This document shows, in pieces, positions 36,786-48,324 of a stretch of DNA of 48,324 bases; position 1 is the first letter of the stretch, and every line of letters begins with the position of its first letter. Below the pieces are notes generated by a model. That model made no database searches and was not told the origin of the DNA. It worked only from the letters and a program-made list of their open reading frames with translations. The translations under genes and the position numbers were made by a program. Origin of the DNA: Octopus bimaculoides (lineage: Eukaryota); contig NC_068982.1 in assembly GCF_001194135.2 (NCBI RefSeq), forward strand, positions 63,363,640 to 63,411,963. The letters run 5' to 3'.

Positions 36786-37634
36786 AATTATTCCTAAACA
36801 GTATTGTTTCTGATATTTTAGGCTGCCCTTTATCTGAAATGCTGGTATCTATCAATACCACAAAGTCACTGAGATTTTAAATATGTGTATACCTTCTGTA
36901 CATATTCTATTGCCGTCAAAGAAATAACAAGAAGAGTTGATGTTGATAGGACTTGAAGTCAGAACATGAAAAGAATCTATCTTTATACAGAATTTTGCTA
37001 TTCTCAATTGCCCCTTATTTCAAATATTGCCCCTGTCTATTTAAATTCTAAGTTACTTATGATAAGGATAAATGCTTTAGAAATAGCACCAGTTTGAAAT
37101 GTCAATATGTCAACATGGAATTTATATTTACGCATCATTTAAAGTGTTAGCATTGCCAAATATAACATGGCGATTTCGAATCATTGGTTTTAAAATTATG
37201 AACACAAACACCAGACAAATGTAGATATACATGCATAAATACACACACATATCTATATAGTTCATACTCATACACGCATATATATGTAAGTAATTAGATC
37301 AAGTCTCGTTTGAGAATTTGACCCCAATGAAGTGCAAAGGGTATTCCATATCCATAGTTCTTGCTTTCAAACGTTAGTATGTAATCCATTGAATCTATAA
37401 GTAATTTCAGCCTTCTTTTCTAAATAGTTTTTTATCCTTTTTTTGAAAGAGAGTGTAAATAAAAAAGAATGTCAAAACGCTACACTATGCAAACACCCTT
37501 TTGAGAAAAGTAAACTAAATGGCCTGGGAGCATCCTCTCACAACACTATCACCCCATCCACTAATGAAGATGAGTAACTGTAAGGGACCAAAGTAATTCG
37601 GCAGATACTTTCGAAATAACGAACAAAGATATAC

Positions 37635-37762
37635 TGATAGAATATGTACCAGGCCTTAAAAAATGAATACTAGGGTCGATTCATTTGACTAAACCTTCTC
37701 AAGCTGGTGATTCAGCCTGATCCCATACTAATGACTAAAACAAGTAAAATATAACAGATAAA
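37635..37762 (+). mobile_element. SINE family A 3' fragment
   Basis: GATAGAATATGTACCAGGC...GGGTCGATTCATTTGACTAAA...AATGACTAAAACAAGTAAAA. Confidence 0.7.
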
Positions 37763-37854
37763 ACAATCGAAATGCAGCAATGAAAGCTTGTGGGGGACCA
37801 CATATTCAGTGCAGAGGAGACGCTTTACGATGATGATTCAGTGTTTTATGAAAG

Positions 37855-37945
37855 TGGTACTTAGTTGAGTACCGGGGTCGATGCAATCGACTCCCCCCCA
37901 CAAAAAAATATTCAGGCATTGTATCTTTAGTTGAGAGGATCATTG
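37855..37945 (+). mobile_element. SINE family C 3' fragment with ATT tail
   Basis: GTACTTAGTTGAGTACCGGGGTCGATGCAATCGACTCCCCCC...TTCAGGCATTGTATCTTTAGTTGAGAGGATCATT. Confidence 0.7.
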
Positions 37946-38007
37946 TTGTTATTATTACTATTATTATTATTATTATTATTATTAGTAGTAGTAGTAGTAG
38001 TAGTAGC

Positions 38008-38055
<48 letters not shown>

Positions 38056-38056
<1 letters not shown>

Positions 38057-38235
38057 AGACAGCGAGCTGGCAGAGTCGTTAGCACGCTGGACGAAATGCT
38101 TAGCGGTATTTCGCCCGTTGCTACGTTATGAGTTCAAATTCCACCGAGGTCAACTTTGCCTTTTATCCTTTCTTGGTCGATAAATTAAGTACCTGTAAAG
38201 TTCTTGTGCCTACAGTAGAAAGGATTATTATTATT
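38056..38235 (+). mobile_element. SINE family C with internal deletion, between (AGT)n tracts
   Basis: GAGCTGGCAGAGTCGTTAGCACG...GAGTTCAAATTCCACCGAGGTCAACTTTGCC...GTAGAAAGGATTATT. Confidence 0.92.
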
Positions 38236-38263
38236 AGTAGTAGTAGTAGTAGAAGTAGTAGTA

Positions 38264-38299
<36 letters not shown>

Positions 38300-38611
38300 T
38301 CATTATTATCATATTCTGACGATATCGATAATGATAACAGATGGTTAATTGATTTACCATAGTAGCAAAAAACATATTTCAGACAATATTGTATGCGTAT
38401 GTTTGTTTGATTCTAAACTATTTGATAAGAATGTTATTCTGATTCATAACAAAGATTAGATAATAATAAAACAAGGCTTGTGTTATACTTGCAGATAACT
38501 TATGGCTAATATTTTTAGAACTATCATAACACAAGCGATATTTATGTGTATACTTACGCTTACATACATGCATTCATACACACACACACTGCTCATATTT
38601 ATATATATATA

Positions 38612-38642
<31 letters not shown>

Positions 38643-39935
38643 NNNNNNNNNNNNNNNNNNNNNNNNNNNNNNNNNNNNNNNNNNNNNNNNNNNNNNNNNN
38701 NNNNNNNNNNNNNNNNNNNNNNNNNNNNNNNNNNNNNNNNNNNNNNNNNNNNNNNNNNNNNNNNNNNNNNNNNNNNNNNNNNNNNNNNNNNNNNNNNNNN
38801 NNNNNNNNNNNNNNNNNNACACACACACACACACACACACACACATTTGGAGAAAGTTGGAATGACAAGAGAGAATGGAGGGTAACAAAGCTATATACAT
38901 CTATGCAGGAAAGCATGAAAACCGAAAACATTTTGTGATTTTTTTTTTGATTCTTTGTTGGTGTGAGAAAGAAATATTATCAGATAAACTCATAATCTTT
39001 AAGATAGAATTATATGATCGTCTACAAACGAGGCAATGCAATGAAACTACACATTCCATCATTTATTTAGTTGGTTTGTCATTCACTTCGTCTATTACTC
39101 ATTCTATTATTCATCTAGTCTTTCGTTTATTTATTATTCTTTCTTTCAGCTATCATTTTATATACTGGTCTATGTGCCTTATTGCTATTATCACATTGTT
39201 ATCTACTTCAGCTTTAGATATTATATTGTCATGTCTGTTATTGTCAAATAGAATAACTAACTGATAGATAATAATTGATTTATAGGGTATTTATATTATT
39301 TTTTTAGCCTATTTGTTATATGAATTGAAATGAAATGATTCTAAAGGAAATCAGAACCGAGTTTCGAACTGCTTGCTTTGATTATATTCATTATCTGTGC
39401 TGTTTGCCTCATATATACAGTACTCATCAAATAAAGTAAAATATAACATGACATTTTCGAATATCAAAACTAAAAAAAGTGAAAAGTTTATGTGCTTGAA
39501 TATTTTGATTCACGACTCTGTTCAAAGAAGCAAATTCAATATATCATACTGTTATTTTATCTTCTGTTTAACCGTGCAGTAAACAAATAGTTTTATTTTT
39601 TCTGCAAGTTCATTGAATGCAATACAATATATATATATATAAACTACACCATCTTAGATATCTGTACAAATATACGCCCATTAAATCTTGGGAACTCAAG
39701 GAATTAACATTTGAAAACAGATAGCACCTCAAAATATACAATACAGTGCAAAAGTCTTCGGCCACTTTAAATTAATGTAAATTTCTACTAATTGCCAACT
39801 TATACGTGGATGTTTCGCATTGCGTTTTTTACAGATGAAGCATTGGCCCTGTTGGAGTCATTTCCATACCTAATCATTATATTTTGTAGTAGGGTTTCTG
39901 AATGAGAAGGGGAGATGCAAGACGACCACCAAAAA

Positions 39936-40505
39936 TGGCTGTGCAAAAGTTTTCGACTACCTCACATAAATAACAATCGAGATACAGTGTTTTAAAACAG
40001 AAAAATATCTATAATGAAAATTTATTACATAATGTTTATTTCAAGAAATTACTGTACATTGCTAGTATTTCGTGTGGCTTCAATGTATAAATGAATAATT
40101 GCTTCGATGTGCCTAGGAAGACATGCGTACAAATCCTTCACCATTTTCACAGGTATGAGATGTCATTCTCTGTGGCTGAGCTCCCACAGAACTTCAAGAT
40201 TGCGTGAATTCTTCTGACGAACTCTTGTGTTTAGTTCGGTCCACATTTGCTCGATAATATTTAAGTCAGGCCTCTCAGCTAGCCAATCTTTCAATACGGT
40301 AACACCTGCATCAGCCAGACTCTGTTGCGTTGCATGAGATCCGTGGCATGGAGCTCTGTCATGCTGAAAAATCTCACCTTCATCCAAGTCTGGTATCAAA
40401 TTGTCCTTCAGCAACTGGATGTATTTGGCACTATTCAAGCTAACGTCAATTTTAACCAACTTTCGTGAACCATCTCTTTTTATGTATATCCAAAGCTTCA
40501 GATTC
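39936..40505 (-). mobile_element. Tc1-family transposase 3' fragment (second D to E; DD35E spacing) with probable 3' TIR
   Basis: FQHDRAPCH...KDWLAERPDLNIIE. D codon at 40358-40360 and E codon at 40250-40252 are separated by 105 nt (35 codons). TIR-like TGGCTGTGCAAAAGTTTTCGACTAC at about 39936. Confidence 0.85.
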
Positions 40506-40614
40506 TTATCCCCAAACTCCGCTGTTTTCGTAGGTTAACGTGGGTCGTTTCGCTTTCTGACAAGCGAGAATTTGTCCAGGAAACAATTGTAGGAAAGGCA
40601 AGATGAATAACTAT

Positions 40615-40775
<161 letters not shown>

Positions 40776-40777
40776 AT

Positions 40778-40865
40778 GGGCGAAGACGCAGCTGTGTGGT
40801 ACGAACTTTGCTTCCCCGTGAAATGGTTCCGGGTTCAGTTCCACTGTGTGGCACTTTGGAAGCTT
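40778..40865 (+). mobile_element. SINE family A head only
   Basis: GCAGCTGTGTGGTACG...TGGTTCCGGGTTCAGTTCCACTGTGTGGCACTTTGG. Confidence 0.8.
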
Positions 40866-41286
40866 TCTGTGTGCAATCCCATGGTGATTTTGACCGAAGG
40901 GGTTCTTTAATCTTTTTACCCTATGTATATATGTCCTGTTCTATGTAGAATAATAGTTCACACAGTTACATTGTAACTATACTGAGTCAACTTGAAGCAA
41001 AGATGATTGATTATTAATAAATATTGGTCGTTTTATGGAAAATAAGGATTGACATATTTTCAAAACATATTATACATGTAATTGAACACAAGGTTTGTTA
41101 TCACACACAAGCTGTAACTTACAGAAGCCCAATTTATTTGGGCACACAAAGTAGTGTTTAAAAAGTAGCAAGAGGATCAAATTCTGACTTTTCATCCTTA
41201 CAAGAAAATGGTTTGTCTCAGTTAATACATTTTATGCAGTAAATCATTTTTCCGAGTTTTAACCCTATCAGAGTTGAAACATCTTT

Positions 41287-41464
41287 AATATTGGTTTCAA
41301 ATTTTGGTACAAGGCCATCAAGTTTCGGAGACGGGGTAAGTCGATTAGATCGACACAAGTGCTCAACTGGTACTTACTTTATCAACTCCGAAAGAATGAA
41401 AGAGCAAGTCGACATAGACGAAATTTAAACTCAGAACGTAAGTCAGAAAGATTACTGCTTAGGA
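41287..41464 (-). mobile_element. SINE family C, head missing
   Basis: ATATTGGTTTCAAATTTTGGTACAAGGCC...AGTCGATTAGATCGAC...GAAATTTAAACTCAGAACG. Confidence 0.85.
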
Positions 41465-41474
41465 TTAATAAAGT

Positions 41475-41691
41475 AAGGCAGAGAGTGAGCTGGCAGAAGT
41501 GTTAGTACTCTGGTTTAAATGTTTAGCGGCATTTCGTCAACCTTTACATTCTGAGTTCAAATTTCACTTAAGCCGACTTTCATGTTCATATTTTGATGTT
41601 GATAAAATAAGTACCTGTCCTGGGGTCGATGTAAGCGACTGGCCACACTCGCCAAAATGTCAGGCTTTGTGCCTATTGTAGAAAGGAATAT
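41475..41691 (+). mobile_element. SINE family C, full length, inverted relative to its neighbour
   Basis: GAGCTGGCAGAAGTGTTAG...TTCTGAGTTCAAATTTC...GATAAAATAAGTACC...GTAGAAAGGAATAT. Confidence 0.88.
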
Positions 41692-42253
41692 GAATAAAGT
41701 GAGGGTAACCCAAGCAGATATGGACTTCTTTGTTGTTTAAACGAATCAAATTCAACATCGTTTATTGACCGAGAACACCGTGTCAAGTAAGTGATTCCCT
41801 CACGAGATAGCTTACGAACTTCTTTTTCCCAATTCCTCAGAAATAGTATTGGCTACTACAACATTCAACTTCAAATATCAGTTTATTTTATCAAGCAAAA
41901 ATATATTTACACTACGCAAAGATTGTCCAATAAAGTGAAAACATAAACAAAATATCTATTTTAGAACATTAAAACTTGTTTCTATTTTTGTGGATCATTC
42001 GAAAATGTAACACATACGTCAAATATAGACATACGTAGCAATTTGTTTTAACGTATTCATTGGCAGAAATATCACAATATAATATCTCCAGAGAAAAAAA
42101 GAGAGAAAGAAATATAGGAGTAACCTCTACAGATTTCGAAATTAGCGTCGCTATAGTTGTTTCTGTTTTTATTACTATTGGAACGGTATATAAAGTTTGT
42201 ACAAGATACTTGCCAAAACACACATACACACACACACATACACACACACACAC

Positions 42254-42308
<55 letters not shown>

Positions 42309-42501
42309 CATATATATATATATATATATATGGATGGATGGATGAGTTCAATCTTCAAAATGACAAATTACCACACAATTCAGAGAATATGAATCTCTGG
42401 GAATAAATGGGCCTTCATAACAACAAGAGCATTAAGAAATAAACATATATTCATACAAATAAGAAGTTGATGCAATTTATATACGCATTTACGCAAGCAT
42501 G

Positions 42502-42543
<42 letters not shown>

Positions 42544-42752
42544 GCATATACACACATATGTCTGTGTGTGTATGAGTGTGTGTATTATTATGCATAAATA
42601 TATATCAACATCGATCAGCATGTGTGCATATATGTGAATGCTGATGTGACTGGATATGTCCTTGTGTGCGTATGCACCTGTCTATGTGTGCATATTTTTT
42701 GTATTTGAGAATATCTGAAAGAGCTTCTCGAGCTGTTTGCTATATTAGTTTT

Positions 42753-42952
42753 AATATTGGTTTCGAATTTTTGCACAAGGCTAGCAATTTCGGGAGACGT
42801 GTTAAGCAATTACATCGGATCCAGTGCTCAACTGGTACTTATCTTATCAACCCTGAATGGATGAAAGTTGAATTAGAACTCAGAACATAAAAACGGCCGA
42901 AATACTGCTACGCATTTTGACCAGCGAGCTAACAACTCTGCAAGTTGATCAC
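42753..42952 (-). mobile_element. SINE family C
   Basis: AATATTGGTTTCGAATTTTTGCACAAGG...CAACTGGTACTTATCTTATC...GAACTCAGAAC...GCTAACAACTCTGC. Confidence 0.85.
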
Positions 42953-43472
42953 CATTGTCTGAATATTATTATTGAGAAGCATAAAATTGGTTAATTTCGA
43001 GGAAACATTTGAATGTTCAAGGCATTCAGCAAAAACTAAACAATGAACTGAACTTTATAGATGGTTTACCAAAGCAAAAGATGTACAGAATGTCGCGCTG
43101 TCGGTAGCGTTAAAGAACATGGAAGAAAGCGACTGAAATGTGAGGCGCATAAACAGCTCTATCTTATCTAAGGAGCTTATCGTAATTTGCGAGCTTCGTA
43201 TTTTGATAAAAAAATATTACGAGCTTGGATTCATGAAATGCAGAGGTAAATACTGGATGCTTTAACAACGTATGCGAAAGTAAATTCAAGGCCGAAAGCG
43301 AAGAACATATCTGAAGCAATTAAGAAAGAAACAATCACTATACTGTTGGAGAGGTTGCAGTGTATTGATTTGGTGTATCCTGACTGTGTTTATATTTATA
43401 CCGGCTTAAAAATGATGTGCATGTTTATGATGTGCCCCTTTAAGGATTGACAAATATTTGTATGTGTATATA

Positions 43473-44747
43473 TATCAGGTCATCCTATAAGTTCTGTCCG
43501 ATTTTACCCTTTTTAAAATTGAATGAAATTTAATAGTATGTTAGAATGTCTAATGGAATTAAAATTTATTTCTATGCATTTGTGTACATTTAAACGAATT
43601 AAATATTATTTTACAGAATAATAAAATTAAAATTTCTTTGATTAAAACCCTTTCTAACATGGAATCATCCATGGGATTTGAGGCACATAATGCTTTATGA
43701 GTACAAAAAAGGAAACTCTGCAGCCGAATCGACTTGGAACATACACTCAGTTTATGGGAAATAATGCTTGAATAAAAGAACTTGCAGAAGATGGTTTGCA
43801 AAATTCAGAAGTGGAGATTTCAGTCTTGAAGATGAACATCGAACAGGACGTCCAGTTGAGTTTGATGATAAGCTCCTTGAGGCATTATTTGAAGAACGTC
43901 CTGCATTATCAGTTGAAGAATCGGCAATAAAGCTTAGTTCAAATCATACAACTGTTCATCGTCATCTTCAACAACTTGGAAAGGTTCCTAAACTTGGAAA
44001 ATGGGTGCCTAATGAATTGTCCGAAAGCAACCGCAAATCACGAGTTGACATCTGCTCTTCTCTCCATTCTCGCGAACTCATTTCACGCTTTTTGAATAGA
44101 CTTGTGACTAGTGACGGAAAATGGATCTTCATTCAAAATGTTAAATGTTGTAAACAGTGGCTTGGTAGAAGGGAAAAAGCTCAACCACAACCGAAAAAGG
44201 AACTTCATGGAAAAAAATTTATTCTCTCTATCTGGTGGGATTGCAAAGGAGTGATTCACTTTGAATTGTTACCACTTTAATGCAACAATCAATGCTCAAG
44301 TCTACTGTCAGCAATTAGAGCGTTTGAAACAAGCTTTGAAGAACAAAAGACCCGCTTTAGTCAATCGAAAACGGCAATGCGGGACCCCACACTGCAAAGA
44401 TCACATCACAGAAGATCGAAGAACTTGGTTGTGAAAAAATTCCTCATCCACCTTATTCTCCCGAACTTGCCCCTTCAGACTACCATTTGTTTCGTAGTTT
44501 ACAGAATCATTTGGAGTACATAACATTCGCAAGCCAGGAGGAGGTCGAAACTGACATTTCAGAGTTCTTCGCTTTGAAACAAAAAGAATTTTACATTGAT
44601 GGGATTAAAAAATCTTTTAAATAGATGGAAGGAATTCATAGATAATCAGGGAAAGTACATTGATGATTAAATTTCAATTAAATATAACATTTGATCATTT
44701 GTTTACTTTATTCAAAATTCAGAAAGAACTCATGGGATGACCTGATG
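43473..44747 (+). mobile_element. Full-length (1275 bp) mariner (DD34D-type) DNA transposon with a dead transposase (about 43659-44670)
   Basis: Imperfect TIRs TATCAGGTCATCCTATAAGTTCTGTCC vs reverse complement CATCAGGTCATCCCATGAGTTCTTTCT, flanked by TA (43471-72, 44748-49). Motifs LRHIMLYEYKKG, WFAKFRSGDFSLEDE..GRP, WVPNEL, TSDGKW, WWDCKG, YSPELAPSDYHLF. Stop, frameshifts and a deletion at the HDNARPH motif. Confidence 0.95.
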
Positions 44748-44906
44748 TATTTTAATTTTTAGCAGAAGCAACAGAGTGACAGAGTAACGCTGGGAATAAT
44801 ATATTTCTGCACAAGGTGAATATTTTGAAGATAATGTTAAAACTTAGATAAATAATTTGTTTTTTTATTAAACATAACTAGTCCTGAAACTCTCTGATAC
44901 CATTTC

Positions 44907-44946
<40 letters not shown>

Positions 44947-46557
44947 TAAGTACCAGATTGAAGCATGTACAAAGATGGTTATGACCGACCGAAACCCAAG
45001 AATGTTCTTTTGTCTTAACAGGACCACAGTCTAGTTATTCAATAATTAAAATCAAAAATAAATATTGATAATACACTTTGCCGGAGGTTCACTCATTATA
45101 GAAATTATATCACTACTGTTATGATATTACTGTCATTAGTAAAAGCATACTAATACCTATTTCTTACAATAAAGCCCTTGATAACAATTCAAATTATGAA
45201 GTAGTTAGATTTGAAATTTTAGTAGGTCATTTGCACCGTAAGAAACGGTTAGTTGTTAAATGAAAACGGATAGGGAGATACTTTGTCTATCAAGTATCAG
45301 CTATAATAATAATTACGGTACGTTTTCATTTTAGTGCCATAAATTCAATTTCATAAAACAGCAATTCAACTTTTCAAACGCTGCTTGTTGTATAGTATTT
45401 TATAAAAAGAAAACTCATTCGGATCAGCAAAGAATTAGTTTATAAATAACATTTGATGAATTCGCATATAAAAGCATTTTCTATTTGCGTATTATCAAAT
45501 ACTTTATAATCTAATATACTTGAAGAGATTGATAATGGGAAACATGGGAAAGAAATAAAATGTTCTAGTGCTCCTTCATCACTCTACTCCCTCTAAATTG
45601 CGGTATTTAACTCTAACTTGAAAATTCTGAATGTTCATTGTACTCATGAATTCAAAATTAACAGTAACGTGCGTATGTGTGTGTGTGTACTTTCATGTAT
45701 GACTGAAAAAAAAATCAGAAAATAAATGAAATATAATCGTTAAATGGCGATATTGATTGTAAGCAAAATATAATACATTCAATAGGAAACTAAATGGCTA
45801 TCAATGAAATAGATAAATACTTTTCTTTCATGACCAGAAACATTCAAGTATTGATCTTTTCCTGAAGTCTGAAGTGGCGAAATTAATTTAGGCATGTTAA
45901 AATGCGCCACAGCCATTTAATCCTCTAATAGGTTATATTAGTGATATAAACGTCACTATAAAAATATTCATATATAGCCTTTCAGTAACGCAATGTTTTA
46001 ACGACCAAAATCGTAATTTCTAATTTTAACATTGAAGCACTTCTATTTGTAGAATATGGAATAGGATATCTGGGAATGTATTCAGAGGCCAAATTTTAAA
46101 TATGTAGCAGCTAATTGTTAATTCGATGCATAATGAGAAGAAAACATGTTCACCCTCTGTTATAATATAATCCATGATACTATTAAGCTTGATTTTTAGC
46201 CTAAGTTAAAGGAGCCTATCGCCAGTTTAGAGGATAGAAACTGAAGCAAAAGTTCGAATTTAATATTTTCTTGATTAGTAACAGACACTTCAAACTGACC
46301 ATTTACTAGAGTAACTCAAATTTCAAAATTTAACATGAATTCTTTATCTCTTGACCTCACACACCTCCAGATTCTAGTAATTTCTTTTGAGAACAAATTC
46401 AATGATTAAGTTACCTATTAATGGGAACATTACAATCATTATCAACAGGAACAATAATTCATAAAATAATCTAAAATGCAGAATTAAAATATTTGGGTAA
46501 TGCAAATAGTTCTAGATGAAATCCACTATTTGCTAATATAATTTCTTTCGAATGGTG

Positions 46558-46990
46558 TCTTTCATTCTATCTATCATTGAATTGCAACCATGATGAGGCA
46601 CAGCCTTGAATGATTTTAGTCGAACAAATAGACCCAGCACTTAGGTGTGTTTTTAAAGTCTGGCAAATATTTTATCAATTATTTTGACGAATCGCTAAAT
46701 TACAAGGATAGAGAGATGTAAACACACTAGCAGCAATTATCAAACGGGGGGACATATACAAATACCAGGACAAATACAAATACCAGAACATATACAGATA
46801 CACATAAATATACGCACACAGACAAACTCATGTGTGCGCGCGCGCGTGTGTGTTAGACAAGCTTGCACATTCTCTCTGTCTACCAAATCCACTCTCAAAA
46901 CATTGGTCGGTCAGTGGTTATAGTAGGTAATACTTATCGAAAGTGCAATGAACTGAACCTGAAACAACGTGGTTGCAAAGCTTATTAACA
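46558..46990 (-). mobile_element. Old, near full-length SINE family A
   Basis: TTTTAGTCGAACAAATAGACCCAG, GTCTACCAAATCCACTCTCAAAACATTGGTCGG and CTGAACCTGAAACAACGTGGTTG are reverse complements of family-A segments. Confidence 0.8.
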
Positions 46991-47769
46991 AATCGTTTAC
47001 TGAACAATATTCAATTTTTTTTTAGCGTTTGTAGCAACTATTTGAATTTGTGCACGGCTTTACTTTAATGAGACACATATAAGAAATATTAGGCAGAACT
47101 TAGAAAAGGATACGCAGCTTTGTAGAGTATGTAGAAGGGCACTAAAAAAAGTTTCTCTGCAAAGTGAAAGGACTCATGGTTGTCAATCTCGGAACAACGA
47201 AGCTGCTGACAATTACACTAATAAGCAATGATAACCATGTCAAAATAATTAAATCTGAAGTGTTCAGTATATGCAAAATTAACTCTCACCAAAGTAATTA
47301 GTCGAATTAAGGTTCTTAATTTATGGATGAACGTAATGACTTGAAAAATTACCTCCATGAAGACAAATCTCATGTAATTCCATGATTAAAGTTCATAATA
47401 TATTTCATTTTATCTAAGATGATTTCTGTTGCAATAATGAAATAGAAATCTTTACATGGAAATATAACTGCATCATTAAGGATTATTAGACATGCGAAAA
47501 GCACTAAGCCGTAGATTAAAATAATTAATCTCAGATCAATTGTATGCTAGTTCTCAGTTATTGACGACCTGTAAAAGTCAAGTAAAAATAAAAGGACAGA
47601 CTGAATAAATCTCCAATTGCAACTGGAGATTTAAAGATTAAGAAATCTTTATGTATGAAGAAAGACGTCACTTCTGAAACCTGATCGATGACAGTTAAAA
47701 AGAAAACATTTCATTTAATCATTGGAATGATATTCAAGCAGTGCAGCTTAATCATACATATCTGAAAAA

Positions 47770-48060
47770 TGATACTTCCAACTTTCGTACGATTCAAACG
47801 TGTTGTGACCCATGAAAAGCGTCACTTGACTACCCGTGAAGTTTCAGAAGAATTCAGCCTCTCGCTGGTAACGAAAAATTCATCATGCATTATGTTGCGC
47901 AAAATTTGGGCCAGTTCTGATGGTACAATGACAACGCAGATTACCTAGTTACCCCTAGATTTTTTGAATACTGGTACAAATATCCTGAAATATTCATTAC
48001 ATGACACGAAATCCATGTGTACGACATACGATACCGAAACAATCTGGCAGCGTTTTGGAT
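47770..48060 (+). mobile_element. Very old mariner transposase remnant
   Basis: KRHLTTREVSEEFSLS, MLRKIWA and YDTET resemble RRLTVREIAEE.GIS, MRKVSAKWVP and YDPETKQQS. Confidence 0.45.
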
Positions 48061-48324
48061 CATCGTCTTCGCAACAAAGAGAAGGACGAAGTGTTTTGTT
48101 ATTAGAAGATGGTCGAACGTAATCAGTTCGTTTCACGTTGCCAAGCAATCATTAAAAGTTTTGCTTTGATACCCACAGGCATTTCACACGAATATTGTGA
48201 CGCTCTGTTTCCAAACTTTAGACCAAGCGGACGATTACTTTTGTTGAAAACCATCCTGATATTCCACACCGCAAAAAAGGCCAGGAGCAGTGCATATATA
48301 TATATATATTTATATATATATATA

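Noticed and set aside
43050-43400. Possible RTE-type RT fragment (GFMKCRG)
   Set aside because: One weak motif only.
44110-44390. A-to-G changes at mariner catalytic motifs (DEKW to DGKW, HDNAR to GNAG) as RNA-editing scars
   Set aside because: Mariners transpose through DNA; a few transitions in a decayed copy are expected by chance.

Overview
AT-rich eukaryotic genomic DNA, with no bacterial-type features (no operons, CRISPR, rRNA or true tRNA genes). The very high microsatellite load, eight N-gaps that each touch a microsatellite, and three recurring tRNA-headed SINE families are typical of an octopod cephalopod (Octopus-like) short-read assembly. That assignment is an inference, not a database result. 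No intact, recognisable host gene is present. Most long ORFs in the track are translated microsatellites or gaps. The real protein-like signal comes from decayed transposons: a full-length mariner with TIRs and TA duplication (43473-44747), two Tc1 transposase fragments (one with DD35E spacing), an L1/Tx1-like LINE (ORF1 knuckle, APE endonuclease, start of RT), two R4/Dong-like RLE retrotransposon pieces, CR1-like pieces and a probable Gypsy integrase remnant. About 20 SINE copies are present (labelled A, B and C here), several with clear target-site duplications. The most interesting leads are a young Dong-like 3' end embedded in (AAT)n, inverted SINE pairs that could form dsRNA, an unexplained inverted-plus-direct repeat element at 3.1-3.6 kb, a possible SINE-derived signal-peptide exon, and a few weak candidate micro-exons. 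Nothing here is strong enough to claim a new biological system.
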